A DNA stretch of 64,000 nt from an uncultured Chloroflexia bacterium (GTDB lineage Bacteria > Chloroflexota > Limnocylindria > Limnocylindrales > CSP1-4), in contig CAVVCZ010000004.1 of assembly GCA_963746845.1 (NCBI GenBank), positions 192,001 to 256,000 on the forward strand, in the 5' to 3' direction. A program made the translations under genes and the position numbers. Numbering within the stretch: the first letter of the stretch is position 1; each line of letters starts with the position of its first letter. This document shows positions 9,179-20,545 of the stretch, piece after piece. A model generated the notes under the pieces. The model was given only the letters and a program-made list of their open reading frames with translations. It was not told the DNA's origin and ran no database searches.

Positions 9179-10687
9179 GTGGCCAAGGTGACGATGCCCC
9201 AGCTCGGCGAGAGCGTGGCCGAGGGGACGATCGGCAAGTGGCTCAAGCAACCCGGCGACACCGTCGAGAAGTACGAGCCGCTCGTCGAGGTCATCACCGA
9301 CAAGGTCAACGCCGAGGTCCCGTCGCCGTTCGCCGGCATCCTGAAGGAGATCCTCGTCGAGGAGGGGGCGACCGTCCCGAACAACGCCGAGATCGCGATC
9401 ATCGAGACGGCCGACGAAGGCGCATCGAACGGGAGCCCCGAACCGAAGGCGGCGGTTGCCGCGCCGGCGCCCGCGCCCGTGGCCGAGGTCCCCGCGGCGG
9501 TCGACGCCCCCGCACCGCCCGCCCGACCGTCCTTCACGCCGGCGAACGGCCCGGCCGGATCCGACGAGCTCCCCGAGCGGGCGGCGGCCAGCGCCACTTC
9601 AGCTCCGACGGCCGTCGCGGCCGATCCGGCCGATGCGCCCGGCAATCCCGATGCCCGGATGACCCCGGCCGTCCGCCGGCTGCTCCGTGAGCACGGCCTG
9701 ACCGCTGCCCAGATCGTCGGCACGGGCGGCGGCGGACGGATCACCCGCGAAGACGTGACGAACTACGTCGAGAGCCAGCGGACCGGCCAGCCCGTCGGCG
9801 GCCAGGCGGTCGGTGGTGCCGCGGTCGCGGCGAGCACGAACGGCGCCTCGGCCGCGCCGCCCGCCCCGCCCACGGCGGCGCCGACAACGAGCGCGCCCAC
9901 GCCCACGACGACGGCCGGTGCCGCGGCCCCGACGTCCGCCCCCGCGTCCGCCGCGCCCGGCATCGAATTCCCCGCCGGTGCCGACGAGCTCCTCGTCCCG
10001 ATGACCCAGATGCGCAAGGGGATCGCGGCGCAGATGACCCGCGCCCTGCAGGCGCCGCACGCCTACGTCCAGATGGAGGTCGACGTCACCCGGCTCGTCG
10101 CCTTCCGGGAGAAGGCGAAGCGCGATTACCAGGCGAAGGAGGGGATCGGCCTCAGCTACGTCCCGTTCGTCGTCAAGGCGACCGCGGCGGCGCTCAAGCG
10201 GAACCCGACATTCAACGCCCACTGGACCGAGGCCGGGCTGATGGCCAAGCGCCGCGTGAACGTCGGCGTGGCGGTCGCGGTCGACGACGGGCTGATCGTC
10301 CCGGTCATCCGCGACGCGGACCAGCTCTCGATCCACGGCCTGAACGTCGCGATCGCCGACGTGGCCAACCGGGCCAAGGCGAACAAGCTCCGGGTCGACG
10401 ACTTCGGCGGTGGGACGTTCACCGTCGACAACACCGGCTACCTCGGCACGAACCTGGTCATGCCGATCCTGAACGTTCCCGAGGTCGGGATCGTCACGAT
10501 GGAGGCGATCACCAAGCGTCCGGTCGTCGTGGCGACCCCGGACGGCGACGTGATCGCGATCCGGGCCGTGATGAACATGGTCCTCGGCGTCGATCACCGG
10601 GCGAACGACGGCGCCGGCGGCGCCGCGCTCCTCCGCGACATCAAGGCCTGGCTGGAGCACGTCGGACCCGATACCGCGATCTACTGA
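9179..10687 (+). CDS. bkdB: dihydrolipoamide acyltransferase (E2)
   Basis: Lipoyl domain EVITDKVNAEV, E3-binding GTGGGGRITRED, catalytic DHRANDG. Confidence 0.9.
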   Translation: MAKVTMPQLGESVAEGTIGKWLKQPGDTVEKYEPLVEVITDKVNAEVPSPFAGILKEILVEEGATVPNNAEIAIIETADEGASNGSPEPKAAVAAPAPAPVAEVPAAVDAPAPPARPSFTPANGPAGSDELPERAAASATSAPTAVAADPADAPGNPDARMTPAVRRLLREHGLTAAQIVGTGGGGRITREDVTNYVESQRTGQPVGGQAVGGAAVAASTNGASAAPPAPPTAAPTTSAPTPTTTAGAAAPTSAPASAAPGIEFPAGADELLVPMTQMRKGIAAQMTRALQAPHAYVQMEVDVTRLVAFREKAKRDYQAKEGIGLSYVPFVVKATAAALKRNPTFNAHWTEAGLMAKRRVNVGVAVAVDDGLIVPVIRDADQLSIHGLNVAIADVANRAKANKLRVDDFGGGTFTVDNTGYLGTNLVMPILNVPEVGIVTMEAITKRPVVVATPDGDVIAIRAVMNMVLGVDHRANDGAGGAALLRDIKAWLEHVGPDTAIY

Positions 10688-10694
10688 GTCGCCG

Positions 10695-11654
10695 ATGCGC
10701 GTCGTCGTCACGGGGGGCGCCGGGCTCGTCGGGCGGGCCGTGATCGGGGCGCTCCGGGAGCGCGGCGACACCGTCCTTGCGCTCGTCCGCGACCCTCGCG
10801 CCGCGTCGTTCCTCGCGGAGGCGGGCGCAGAGCTGGCCGAGAGCGACCTGTCCGATGTCGCAGCGCTGACCGAGCAGCTGCGCGGGGCGGACGGCCTCGT
10901 CCATGCCGCGGGGAGCTACCGGATCGGCATCCCGAAGTCCGAGCACGGGGCGATGTGGGATGCGAACGTCGGCACGACGACGCGCGTCCTGGACGCGGCC
11001 GAGGCGGCCGGGACGCCGCGGATCGTCTACGTCTCCACCGTCAACGTCTTCGGGAACACCCCGGGTCGGACCGTCGACGAGACGTACCGGCGCGATCTCG
11101 CCGACGGGTTCCTGAGCTGGTACGACGAGACGAAATACGGCGCCCACGAGGTCGCCGAGGAGCGGATCGCCGCCGGGGCCCCGATCGTCATCGTCCAGCC
11201 GAGCCAGGTCTACGGCCCGGGCGATCGCACCGGGTTCGGCGAGCAGCTCCGGCTGGCGCACGCGGGCAAGCTCCCGTATCGCGCGGCCGACCATGTCCGG
11301 ATCGGGCTCGTCCATGCGGACGACCTGGCCGCCGGCATCGTCGCAGCGCTCGACCGCGGACGGACGGGGCAGGCGTACGTCATGAGCGGCCCCCAGACCA
11401 CCCTGGGCGAGGCCATCGCGATCGCCGCTCGGCTCGGTGGCCATGCCCCGCCTCGCCTCGGGATCCCGGACGGCCTCCTCCGGATCATGGCTCCGCTCGG
11501 CCCCCTGATCGGGCAACCGAACCTCGCCGAGATCGTGTCGTCGTCGGCCGGGGTCAGCTACCTGGCGACATCGGCCAGGGCCGAGTCGGAGCTCGGCTTC
11601 CACGCCCGGGACCTCGAGTCGGGCTTCCGCGACGTGTTCGGCAGCGCTGGCTAG
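10695..11654 (+). CDS. NAD-dependent epimerase/dehydratase family protein
   Basis: [20 protein letters not shown]. Confidence 0.9.
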   Translation: MRVVVTGGAGLVGRAVIGALRERGDTVLALVRDPRAASFLAEAGAELAESDLSDVAALTEQLRGADGLVHAAGSYRIGIPKSEHGAMWDANVGTTTRVLDAAEAAGTPRIVYVSTVNVFGNTPGRTVDETYRRDLADGFLSWYDETKYGAHEVAEERIAAGAPIVIVQPSQVYGPGDRTGFGEQLRLAHAGKLPYRAADHVRIGLVHADDLAAGIVAALDRGRTGQAYVMSGPQTTLGEAIAIAARLGGHAPPRLGIPDGLLRIMAPLGPLIGQPNLAEIVSSSAGVSYLATSARAESELGFHARDLESGFRDVFGSAG

Positions 11655-11664
11655 ACTTCGCGCG

Positions 11665-12699
11665 ATGGCACGTGAGCTCCCGATGTTCGAACCGGCCGGT
11701 CCGGCCCATGGCGCCCGTCACGCTCCCGCCGGGCCGCCCACGATCGCGATGGGCGGATCGGTCACGCCACTGCGCCGCCACCCCGACTGGATCAAGGCGC
11801 GGCTGCCGTCCGGTGAGAACTACCACGACCTCAAGGGCCTGCTCCGTGGCCTGAACCTCAACACGGTCTGCGAGGAGGCTCACTGCCCGAACATCGGGGA
11901 GTGCTGGGACCAGCGCACGGCCACGATCATGATCCTCGGCGACACGTGCACCCGGGCGTGCGGCTTCTGCGCCGTGAAGACGGGCCGCCCCACCTGGTTC
12001 GACGACGACGAGCCACGGCGCGTCGCCGAGGCGGTCGGCGCGATGCGCCTCGAGCACGTCGTCGTCACGAGCGTCGCGCGGGACGACCTGCCGGACGGCG
12101 GGGCGCGGATCTTCGCCGAGACGATCACGCGCATGCGGGAGACGAGCCCCGGGATGGGGATCGAAGTCCTGATCCCGGACTTCGACGGATCCGACGACCG
12201 GCTCCGGATCGTGATGGACGCCCGGCCCGACATCCTCAACCACAACCTCGAGACCGTGCGCCGGCTCCAGAAGCCCGTTCGCAAGCGGGCCCGTTGGGAC
12301 CGGAGCCTGTACGTGCTGCGCCGGGCGAAGGAGATGTCGGTCGAGATCGGCTACGCGGCGCACACGAAGAGCTCCCTGATGGTGGGCCTCGGCGAGACGC
12401 GCGACGAGCTGACGGAGGCGTTCGAGGCCCTCCGGGCCGTCGATGTCGACATCCTCACGATCGGCCAGTATCTCCGGCCGTCCGAGCGGCATCTGCCGCT
12501 GGAGCGCTACTACCACCCGGACGAGTTTGTCGAGATGAAGGCGACGGCGCTCGAGCTCGGGTTCAGGCACGTCGAATCCGCGCCGCTGGTTCGTTCGTCG
12601 TACCACGCGCGCGATCAGGTCCCGGGCGCGGAGCTCAAGGCGCTCCGCCGGCGGGCCTCGCTCGACGCCGAAGGGCGGGTCGTTCCCGCCGCGAGCTGA
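11665..12699 (+). CDS. lipA: lipoyl synthase
   Basis: [25 protein letters not shown]. Confidence 0.97.
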   Translation: MARELPMFEPAGPAHGARHAPAGPPTIAMGGSVTPLRRHPDWIKARLPSGENYHDLKGLLRGLNLNTVCEEAHCPNIGECWDQRTATIMILGDTCTRACGFCAVKTGRPTWFDDDEPRRVAEAVGAMRLEHVVVTSVARDDLPDGGARIFAETITRMRETSPGMGIEVLIPDFDGSDDRLRIVMDARPDILNHNLETVRRLQKPVRKRARWDRSLYVLRRAKEMSVEIGYAAHTKSSLMVGLGETRDELTEAFEALRAVDVDILTIGQYLRPSERHLPLERYYHPDEFVEMKATALELGFRHVESAPLVRSSYHARDQVPGAELKALRRRASLDAEGRVVPAAS

Positions 12700-12721
12700 C
12701 CCGAGGGTCCGCGGACCCACG

Positions 12722-14327
12722 ATGACCCCACGCAGCCCGGATGAGGGCAACGGCACGGCCGGACCGGACGACGACGGCTTCGTGGTCGATCCGGTCCGGG
12801 TCGGCGCGGGTGATCGACGGTCGTGGCGCGCCATCGCGTGGGTCGCGCTGGTTGGCGTCGTCGCGATCGGCGTGATCGTCGCCCGTCCCTGGACGGCGAT
12901 CCCGCAGCCCACCGTCCCGAGTCCACCGCCCGGGATCGCGGTCGCGTCTCCGAGTCCAGTCGCACTCACGGCCCCGTCGCCAACCCCGTTCGCCGCGCCA
13001 CCGACGGACGCGGACCTCGTCGCGGCGTCCGTGGCCCGACCGGACTGGGGGATCCGGGCGATCGTCGTCCCGGCCGAGGCCGAGACGGCGGGCAATGGAA
13101 CCGGCTTCGGTCTCAGCGAGCGTTGGCTGCCGCTCGCCCCGACGGCTGCCGATGCGCCCGTCCCGCAACCGTCGGCGCTCCCGCTCCGGCCGGGCGACGC
13201 CGTCGTCGCGATCGGGATCACGACGCCACCCACCGAGCTGCCGCTCGACGAGCGGATCTGGCACGTGGACGGCGGCGCGTCGCACTGGCTCGACCCGCGG
13301 CCGGCACCTGGCCAGCTCGTCGGCGAGCGCCTGGACCGTCCCGATCCGCGGTTCACCACGACCCTCGACACGTGGCCGGCCGGGACGTACCGGCTCGACC
13401 TCCTGCTCGGCGGTCGGATCGTCCGGTTCGCGGTCACGATCCCGACGTCGGACGCACCAACGGTCGCCCGGCCCGCGCCCATCATTCGTCCCGAGCCTGC
13501 CCGGCGACACGACGGGGCTCAGCGATGGCGTGCCGTTCGCGGTCGTCGACGGCCGGTCGATGGCTCTCGATGTCATCGACGACCCCTCGATCGACGAGCT
13601 CTCGGGATGGATCGGGCCCGTCACCGGCACGACGCCGATCGCGGCAATCGCACGCGTGCCGGCTGGACGGGTCGCCGCGCTCGGGGTCGCCCTTGGCCCC
13701 GGAGATCGCGTGGAGACGGCCTCAGTGGAGCGCCTGACGCCGCCGACCGGGGACAGCGGTGCCGTTCGATCGGATCTGTCGCCCGCCGCCGACCATCCGG
13801 CGGCCCTCGAGCTGTCGCAGTCGGGCGGCGGCGCGCTCGCCGATGGGTTGTACCGCCTGCGCGCGACTTGGCTGACGTCGGCCGGCGGGGCCGCGGAGCA
13901 CGCCTGGAACGTCGAGGTCGGTCCGTCGATCGTCGCCCCCGAGTGGTCGGTCGCCGCCTCGCTGCGCGGCCTCGCGTCCGCCGCCGACCGGCTCGGGTCG
14001 GATCCCGCGACACCCCTGGTGACGCCCCGCGGTCCGGCGGCCACCGGCACGTCCACCGACGTCTGCGCCGCGACCCTGGGCCCGGGCGACGACCTGTTGG
14101 GGATCGTCGAGCCGACCGACCAGACGGTGATCGACGTCCGGATGCTTCCGAACTCGGCGGTCCGGGGCGGCGACGTCGCCACTCGCCTGGCTCCGGGCGC
14201 GGTCGGGCCGCTGTCGATCGTCGGCCTCCCACCGGGTGGGCTCGCGGCTCGCGACTACACCCTGATCGCCGACCTCCAGTCCGGCGGGGTGCGCACGCGG
14301 GTCGTGTGGGGGGTCTGCGTGACCTGA
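12722..14327 (+). CDS. membrane-anchored hypothetical protein with repeated beta-rich modules; frameshift near 13480
   Basis: N-terminal TM and Pro linker in ORF 12722; protein-like continuation SFVPSLPGD... in ORF 13095..14327. Confidence 0.55.
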
Positions 14328-14331
14328 GCAG

Positions 14332-15018
14332 TCAGCGAGTTTCGGCGAAGCCGCCGCTCTCGCGTGGCGGGTTGCCGGACGGCCCGCCTGCCGCGTGCTC
14401 GCGTCGGATCCGGCGGTCTCGCCCGAAGTCGCCGAGGGCGATGATCGCGCCGGCGACGACGAGGAGACCCGCGAAGATCGCGACCACGTGGTACGCCACG
14501 GAGCGATAGCCGCCGTTGTCCGGGTCGAGGAACGGGTACGGATACCAGCTGTCGGCGGCGCCCCGGATCAGGGTCAGGCCCACCCAGATCAGCGGGAAGA
14601 TCAGCCACAGGAGCACGTCCTGCATCCGGAGGTCGGTCTCGGGTGGGTCGACGAGCCAGTCGATCACGACGAGGACCGGGAACAGCTTGTGGACGATGAT
14701 ATCGACGAGCGCGTTCGACAGGCTCAGCTCCGCCCCGCTGAGCAGGACCACGACGACGATGAACGTCACGATCAGGTACAGCACCGAGGCGCCGCGGAGG
14801 AGGTCGTCGGTGCGGGTTCGCGCAGCCCGCCACCGGACGGCGAGCCAGAGCCACAGGAACGCGCCGAAGAGATTGCTCAGGATCGTGAAGAACGCGAAGA
14901 ACCGGAGCGGCCGGAAGAGCCCGCTGTCGATGATCAGCCACGCCTGGTAGGCGATCGCGCCGAGCACGACGAGGGCCGTGACCGCCCGGAACACGGCGAG
15001 CGTCTGACGGCGATCCAT
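14332..15018 (-). CDS. Pr6Pr-family membrane protein
   Basis: FFAFFTILSN, IVHKLFP, WYPYPFLDP motifs. Confidence 0.85.
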   Translation of the reverse strand: MDRRQTLAVFRAVTALVVLGAIAYQAWLIIDSGLFRPLRFFAFFTILSNLFGAFLWLWLAVRWRAARTRTDDLLRGASVLYLIVTFIVVVVLLSGAELSLSNALVDIIVHKLFPVLVVIDWLVDPPETDLRMQDVLLWLIFPLIWVGLTLIRGAADSWYPYPFLDPDNGGYRSVAYHVVAIFAGLLVVAGAIIALGDFGRDRRIRREHAAGGPSGNPPRESGGFAETR

Positions 15019-15087
15019 GGCGGCATCCTACCCGCCGCGTCGAGGTCGTCGTGCGGGCGATTGCCGCCGCCCGATATGCTGCGGGCG

Positions 15088-16143
15088 ATGGCACGACTGC
15101 TCTCCCGGAAGGTCCCCCTCGCGGAGCTCCATTGCCATCTCGGCGGGGCCGTGACGCCGGCGATCATGTGGAGCATCGCCCACGCCCAGGGGATCAAGCT
15201 CCCGACCCGCGACTACTGGGAGTTCCGCGACACGATCACCGTGTCAGAGAAGCGGGCCCGGAGCTTCGACGGCTACCTCCAGCTCTTCCACTGGACCGAG
15301 CTGATCCAGAGCTCGCCGATCGCGGTCGAGCGGGCCGTCTACGAGGTCGTCGGCGGCGCCTACCGGAAGAACAACGTCACGACGACCGAGCTCCGGTTCA
15401 ACCCGATGAAGCGGAACCGCGGCGGCGAGCAGGACCTCGACCACATCATCGCGGCCGCGACGCGCGGGATGGATCGGGCGAGCCTCGAGTACCCGGTGAA
15501 GCCGGGCCTGATCTTCTGTCTCGACCGGGCGTTCCCGTACGAGCTCAACGAGATCATCGTCGAGAAGGCGATCGCCTGGCGCGATCGCGGGGTGGTCGGG
15601 GTGGACATCGCAGGCCCCGAGAGCGCGACCTTCCGGGTCGCGGACTATCGGCGGCTGTACCGGCGGGCCCGCCAGTTCGGGTTGGGCCTCACGGTCCACA
15701 CCGGCGAGGCCGGCCCGGTCGACGAGGTCGCCCGGGTCGTGGAGCTGCTCGAGCCGGACCGGATCGGCCACGGCGTGAAGGCGGCGTACGACCCGCGGGC
15801 CCTCGCGATGATTCGCGAGCGCGGCATCGTCCTCGAGATCTGCCCGAGCTCCAACCTCAACACCCGCGTCGTGTCCGGCTGGGACGAGTTCCGCTGGATC
15901 TTCGACACGCTCCGGCGGAACGAGGTCCGGTTCACGATCAACACGGACGGTCCGGAGATGCTCAAGACCTACATCCGCGACGAGATGGCGTCGCTCGGCC
16001 GCCTCGGGATCCTGACCGTCGAGGACCAGGAGGTCGCGGCCGCGACGTCGCTCGCGGCGTCCTTCGTGCCGAACGTCTCTGACGTTCCGCCGCCTCGCCT
16101 CGAGCCCGCGTCACGCGTCGTGGTAGAGCGCGAGGAGGCGTAG
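15088..16143 (+). CDS. add: adenosine deaminase-family metallohydrolase
   Basis: ELHCHLGG, VHTGE, RIGHG, ICPSSN, NTDGP. Confidence 0.8.
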   Translation: MARLLSRKVPLAELHCHLGGAVTPAIMWSIAHAQGIKLPTRDYWEFRDTITVSEKRARSFDGYLQLFHWTELIQSSPIAVERAVYEVVGGAYRKNNVTTTELRFNPMKRNRGGEQDLDHIIAAATRGMDRASLEYPVKPGLIFCLDRAFPYELNEIIVEKAIAWRDRGVVGVDIAGPESATFRVADYRRLYRRARQFGLGLTVHTGEAGPVDEVARVVELLEPDRIGHGVKAAYDPRALAMIRERGIVLEICPSSNLNTRVVSGWDEFRWIFDTLRRNEVRFTINTDGPEMLKTYIRDEMASLGRLGILTVEDQEVAAATSLAASFVPNVSDVPPPRLEPASRVVVEREEA

Positions 16144-16171
16144 CCCGCCCGGGCGGACCGGCCGCCTGCGC

Positions 16172-16874
16172 TCAGTCCGGCGGGATCACCCGGTATGAGC
16201 AGCACCGGTCCCCGGACACGATGTGCGTCTCGCGGACGACCTCGACGCCCAGGACGTCGCGGAAGAGGTCGAGCTCCGCCTGACAGGCGGTCCGCTGGCC
16301 CCTGGCCACGTCGAGGATCGCGCAGTTGTGCTCGCGGAGCCGGATCGCCCCGTCGTCCTCGACCACGGCATCGGCGAGGTAGCCCTGCTCGTCCTGGATG
16401 GCCGCGAGGGCCGCGACGCGATCCGCGAGGGGTGCGTCCGGCGCGACCCGCTCGTCGAGCTGGTTCCGGACCCGCTCGCCGGACTGGCGCCGCCGCGCCT
16501 GGAAGATCTGTTCGATCAGGGCGTCGCCGCCGACCGCGCCGATCGCCGCGAGCAGCCCGGCGGCGAGGCCGTCGTAGTTCGTGGGGAAGAGCTCCTGGGC
16601 GTCCGGCGTGATGTCGTACAGGTGGCGCGGCCGGCCCGACGCCGTGGCGGATCGTCTCGCGGCTCACGAAGTGGGTGGCCTCGAGCGCGCGCAGCTGCTG
16701 GAGGACGCCCGTCCGGCTGGCCCCGATCGCGGTCGCGAGCTGGTCCGGGGTCGAGGGACCGTCACGTCGGAGGCGGACGAGGATCTCCCGGCGCAGCGCG
16801 CGGGACGTGGCGGCGACCGGTTGCGTCCCCGGAACAGGGGCCGCGCGGCCGGCGTCGGCTGGGGCCTGATCCAT
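16172..16874 (-). CDS. SufR-like HTH transcription regulator with C-terminal Cys cluster; frameshift near 16636
   Basis: HTH REILVRLRRDG..., GVGRPRHLY after frame correction, HNCAI...CQAEL...RCC. Confidence 0.8.
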
Positions 16875-16951
16875 CGGCGAAGGCTAGCACCGGCCGCCTC
16901 CGGGCGTGGTCGCCGGCGCCGGCGCCGAAGCCCGGTGCTACGCTCGGGCCC

Positions 16952-18119
16952 ATGGACTTCGACCTGTCGCCAGAGCACGCACTCCTCCGTTCGACCGTGC
17001 GCGAGGTCATGGAGACGGAGGTCGCCCCGGTCATCGACGAGCACGAGCACGCCCACCGGTTCCCGTCGGAGATCGTCCGGCGGCTCGGCGAGATGGGCTG
17101 GCTCGGGATCCCCGTCGCCGAGGCGGACGGCGGAGCGGGCATGGACACCCTCGCCTACGCCATCGCCGTCGAGGAGATCAGCCGGGTCTGGGGCTCGCTC
17201 GGGATCATCGTCGCGGCCCACACGTCGCTCGGCTGCGGGCCGCTGATGATCGCCGGCACGGCCGAGCAGAAGGAGCGGTTCCTGCGGCCCCTCGCCTCCG
17301 GCCGGGTGATCGGCGCGTACGGCCTCACGGAGCCCGGTGCCGGGTCCGACGCCGGCGGGACCCGGACGACCGCCCGCCGCGAGACGACGCCCGACGGCGA
17401 CACCTGGGTGATCGACGGCGGCAAGCGGTTCATCACGAACGCCGGACAGGCCGGGACGTACATCGTGACTGCCCGGACCGGGACGACGGACAAGGGCGAC
17501 GCCGAGATCAGCGCGTTCATCGTGCACGGCGGACACGCCGGGCTTCTCGGTCGGGCGGCTGGAGGACAAGCTCGGCCTCCACGCCTCGGCGACCGGCGAG
17601 CTGATCTTCGACGGCGCGCGGATCCCCGCCGCGAACCTTCTCGGCGAGCAGGGCAAGGGGTTCCGGACCTTCCTGAAGGTCCTCGACGGCGGCCGGATCA
17701 GCATCGCCGCGATGGCCCTCGGGATCGCCCAGGGCGCGTACGAGGCGGCCGCGGCCTACAGCAAGGAACGCGAGCAGTTCGGCCGCCCGATCGGGACCTT
17801 CCAGGGCGTCGCGTTCATGGTCGCCGACATGGCGACCGAGATCGAGGCGGCCCGGGCGCTCGTGTACCGGGCCGCGTGGCTGAAGGACCAGGGCCGCGAC
17901 TACACCGTCGCGGGCGCCCAGGCGAAGCTGTTCGCGTCGGAGGTCAGCAGCCGCGTCACCAACGCCGCGATCCAGGTCCACGGCGGGTACGGCTACGTCG
18001 AGGAATACAAGGTCGAGCGCTACCTGCGGGACGCGAAGCTGACCGAGATCGGGGAGGGGACGAGCCAGGTCCAGCGGCTCGTGATCGCTCGCAAGCTGCT
18101 GGACCTGCGGGTCGTCTGA
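16952..18119 (+). CDS. acyl-CoA dehydrogenase; frameshift near 17526
   Basis: GAYGLTEPGAGSDA, GKRFITNA, QVHGGYGY, EIGEGTSQVQR. Confidence 0.9.
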
Positions 18120-18137
18120 CCGCGATTCAGGTTCGCA

Positions 18138-19103
18138 TCACCGAGAGGGAGATGGACTGGACGGGGCCGTTTCGAAGCGGATCGACGCGACGATCCGATC
18201 CAGTTCGGCGCGGTCGGCCGCGGAGGTGCCGGGCAGGTACATCGCGTCGATCACTTGTCGGGTGCCGTCGACGTCGATGATGTAGAACGTGTTGACCTGC
18301 CCGACGCCGTGGGTATATGGCTGGGCGCCGAATCCGTTGTCACTGACGAACCGACCGAACATCGCTTGGTCGCCATCGGAATCGCACGTGCTCTCGTCGA
18401 GGCCCGACGGAAGCGACAGCTTGACCTTCTTGCCAGGGTGACCCCCGACGGTCACTGGAGCCGCCGCCGAGGCACCGGGGCCAGCCTGCGCGACGAGCGC
18501 GGTTGCGAGGTCATCGACCGTCGGTCCGACGGGTGGATCGAGCTCGGTTCCGCGCCAATGACAGCCGCCCGTGTAGACGTTGTCGACGAAGTGCGGTTTG
18601 ACGTACAGGTCGAAGATGTCCGAACCACCACGGACATCCTTGCCGATGCGCCACGCTTCGAGCGGGGCGTACCAGCCGGTAGCAGGCATCGTGAAGGTCA
18701 TCCGCGATGCGACACAGCATGGGTCTGTGATGGCATAGGTCGTCCCGGGAGCGTAACTGCCGGTGAAGTTCAAGGTTGACGGACTCGACGCTGACGGAGC
18801 CGGCGTCGGCGACGGGCTCGGCGCCGGACTCGAAGCCGGGCCGGGCCCGGTGCTGGTAACACCGCCGCTCCTGGGCAGAAGATTGATCCCCACGAGCGCC
18901 ACGACCACCACGACGGCAGCCGCGAGCGCGAACTTGGCAAGGTTGTTCATCTCTCCGAACCTCCGCGCCGGCCACCAGGCACGACGCTGGGGGGTCGCGG
19001 GGAGCTGGTCGAGCACGGCATCCAGGACACGGTCCGGCAGCGCCGTCCGACCCTCCTCCAGCCACGACCGAACGATGCGGGTGACGTCGCGGTCGGTGCT
19101 CAT
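18138..19103 (-). CDS. putative membrane-anchored anti-sigma factor
   Basis: Cytoplasmic N-terminus (VRSWLEEG...VLDAVLDQLPATPQRR), one TM, Pro/Ser linker, Cys-containing external domain; ATGA overlap with ECF sigma. Confidence 0.65.
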   Translation of the reverse strand: MSTDRDVTRIVRSWLEEGRTALPDRVLDAVLDQLPATPQRRAWWPARRFGEMNNLAKFALAAAVVVVVALVGINLLPRSGGVTSTGPGPASSPAPSPSPTPAPSASSPSTLNFTGSYAPGTTYAITDPCCVASRMTFTMPATGWYAPLEAWRIGKDVRGGSDIFDLYVKPHFVDNVYTGGCHWRGTELDPPVGPTVDDLATALVAQAGPGASAAAPVTVGGHPGKKVKLSLPSGLDESTCDSDGDQAMFGRFVSDNGFGAQPYTHGVGQVNTFYIIDVDGTRQVIDAMYLPGTSAADRAELDRIVASIRFETAPSSPSPSR

Positions 19104-19648
19104 CGGGCAACCTCCTGCGTCGCCGGCCGCGCGTCAGCCTCGAGGGCTGCCCGCAGGCCGCGCATCGCGTGATGCAATCGGGATCGGACCGTCCCGACGG
19201 GGACGCCGAGGACGTCGGCGACCGCGTCGAGCGGCAGGTCGAGATAGTGGTGGAGGACTACCACGGCTCGATGGTCGATGGAAAGACGCTGGAAGCCGCG
19301 CTCGAGCTGGTCGCGATCGACGACCGCGCTCAGGCCCTCCGCCTCGTCCGGCTCATCGGCCGGCAGGAGTCGGACGTTCGGTGCCCAGCGACGCGTCCGG
19401 CCGGCCTCGGCGTAGCAGGCGCGCACGAGGAGCCGGTACGACCAGGCGTCGAAGCGCGCCGGGTCGCGGAGCTGCGGAAGGTCCCGCCAGATCGCGAGCA
19501 GCGCCTGCTGCGTCGCGTCCTCGGCAAGGTCGGTGTCGCGCAGGATCCTGTGCGCCACCGCGTGGAGTCGGTCGCCCGCGACGACGGCGAGGCTCGCGAA
19601 GGCCTCCTCGTCGCCACGTTGCGCCCGTCCGATGAGATCGGCATCCAC
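19100..19648 (-). CDS. ECF-family RNA polymerase sigma factor
   Basis: AQRGDEEAF, AEDATQQA, FDAWSYRL, GTVRSRLHHA; GTG start 19648 (alternative 19684). Confidence 0.92.
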   Translation of the reverse strand: MDADLIGRAQRGDEEAFASLAVVAGDRLHAVAHRILRDTDLAEDATQQALLAIWRDLPQLRDPARFDAWSYRLLVRACYAEAGRTRRWAPNVRLLPADEPDEAEGLSAVVDRDQLERGFQRLSIDHRAVVVLHHYLDLPLDAVADVLGVPVGTVRSRLHHAMRGLRAALEADARPATQEVAR

Positions 19649-19742
19649 GTCGCTTCCGCCGTAGGGCGCCCGAGGCTCGGGCACTCACACGGTATGGGCG
19701 GTGTCGAGCGGGCGGCGACTCAACATTCGTCGCCGGCGTGCG

Positions 19743-20414
19743 TCAGGCGACCTCGACGAGCCGGACCATCAACCGCAATTCGTTGCTCGCTCCGAGGCAG
19801 GTCTGGAGGGTCATGCTCGGTCGGGCCTGGGCCGCCCAGGCCCACGACGCCGACGTCGTCGGCTTCGTCACCCGCCACCACACGACGCGGTACTCGTGGA
19901 CCTTTCCGGCGTTGTCCGCGTACCACACCCGCATCCCCTTCTTCAGCCGTCCTGCGACGTACGCGTCGTGGAGCGGCTCGAACACGCTGGCGGCATGGCC
20001 GAGCAGGTAGACGTTGTTGGTTCCGGCGCAGCCCCAGCGGTAGACGCGGTTGCCGGGCGGCTCCGTCCGCGAGCACGGGAAGACGCTGATCGACCGGCTG
20101 ACGCCGAGCGACGGGATCCAGACGTGGTTCAGTCCGCGATATCGGGCCGGCTTCGACGGCGCGGTCGCCTTCGGCCGGACGACCGCAGGGCGACTGGCTG
20201 GACGACTGGCCGGGCGGACCCACAGCGTCGCGATGGTCGCGGCGCGCAGCCCGACGATGCTGGCCGCGGTTGGGCGGGTGGGCGCCAACCCCAGACCGGC
20301 GTCGGGCGATTGGGCGGCGACGGGTCCGGGCGCGCCGAACATGAGAGCGGCGACGACGACGGCAGCCATCGTCGCGAGCACGGGGTCGCGGGTCCGGGCG
20401 TGCCGGAAGTCCAT
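19743..20414 (-). CDS. sortase-family protein (class F-like)
   Basis: N-terminal signal/TM, VWIPSLGV, LLGH, MTLQTC, conserved R in ELRLMV. Confidence 0.8.
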   Translation of the reverse strand: MDFRHARTRDPVLATMAAVVVAALMFGAPGPVAAQSPDAGLGLAPTRPTAASIVGLRAATIATLWVRPASRPASRPAVVRPKATAPSKPARYRGLNHVWIPSLGVSRSISVFPCSRTEPPGNRVYRWGCAGTNNVYLLGHAASVFEPLHDAYVAGRLKKGMRVWYADNAGKVHEYRVVWWRVTKPTTSASWAWAAQARPSMTLQTCLGASNELRLMVRLVEVA

Positions 20415-20545
20415 CGCCCGACCATCGTCGACGCAGGCCGCAAGCCGGTTGACGCCATCGTCAGCATCGTGCCAGGACCATGGTGCCGGGCTGCACCGTT
20501 CCGGTTCGGACCGGTGTGGTCTGGTGGGGTCCGCCGGTGGTGCAG

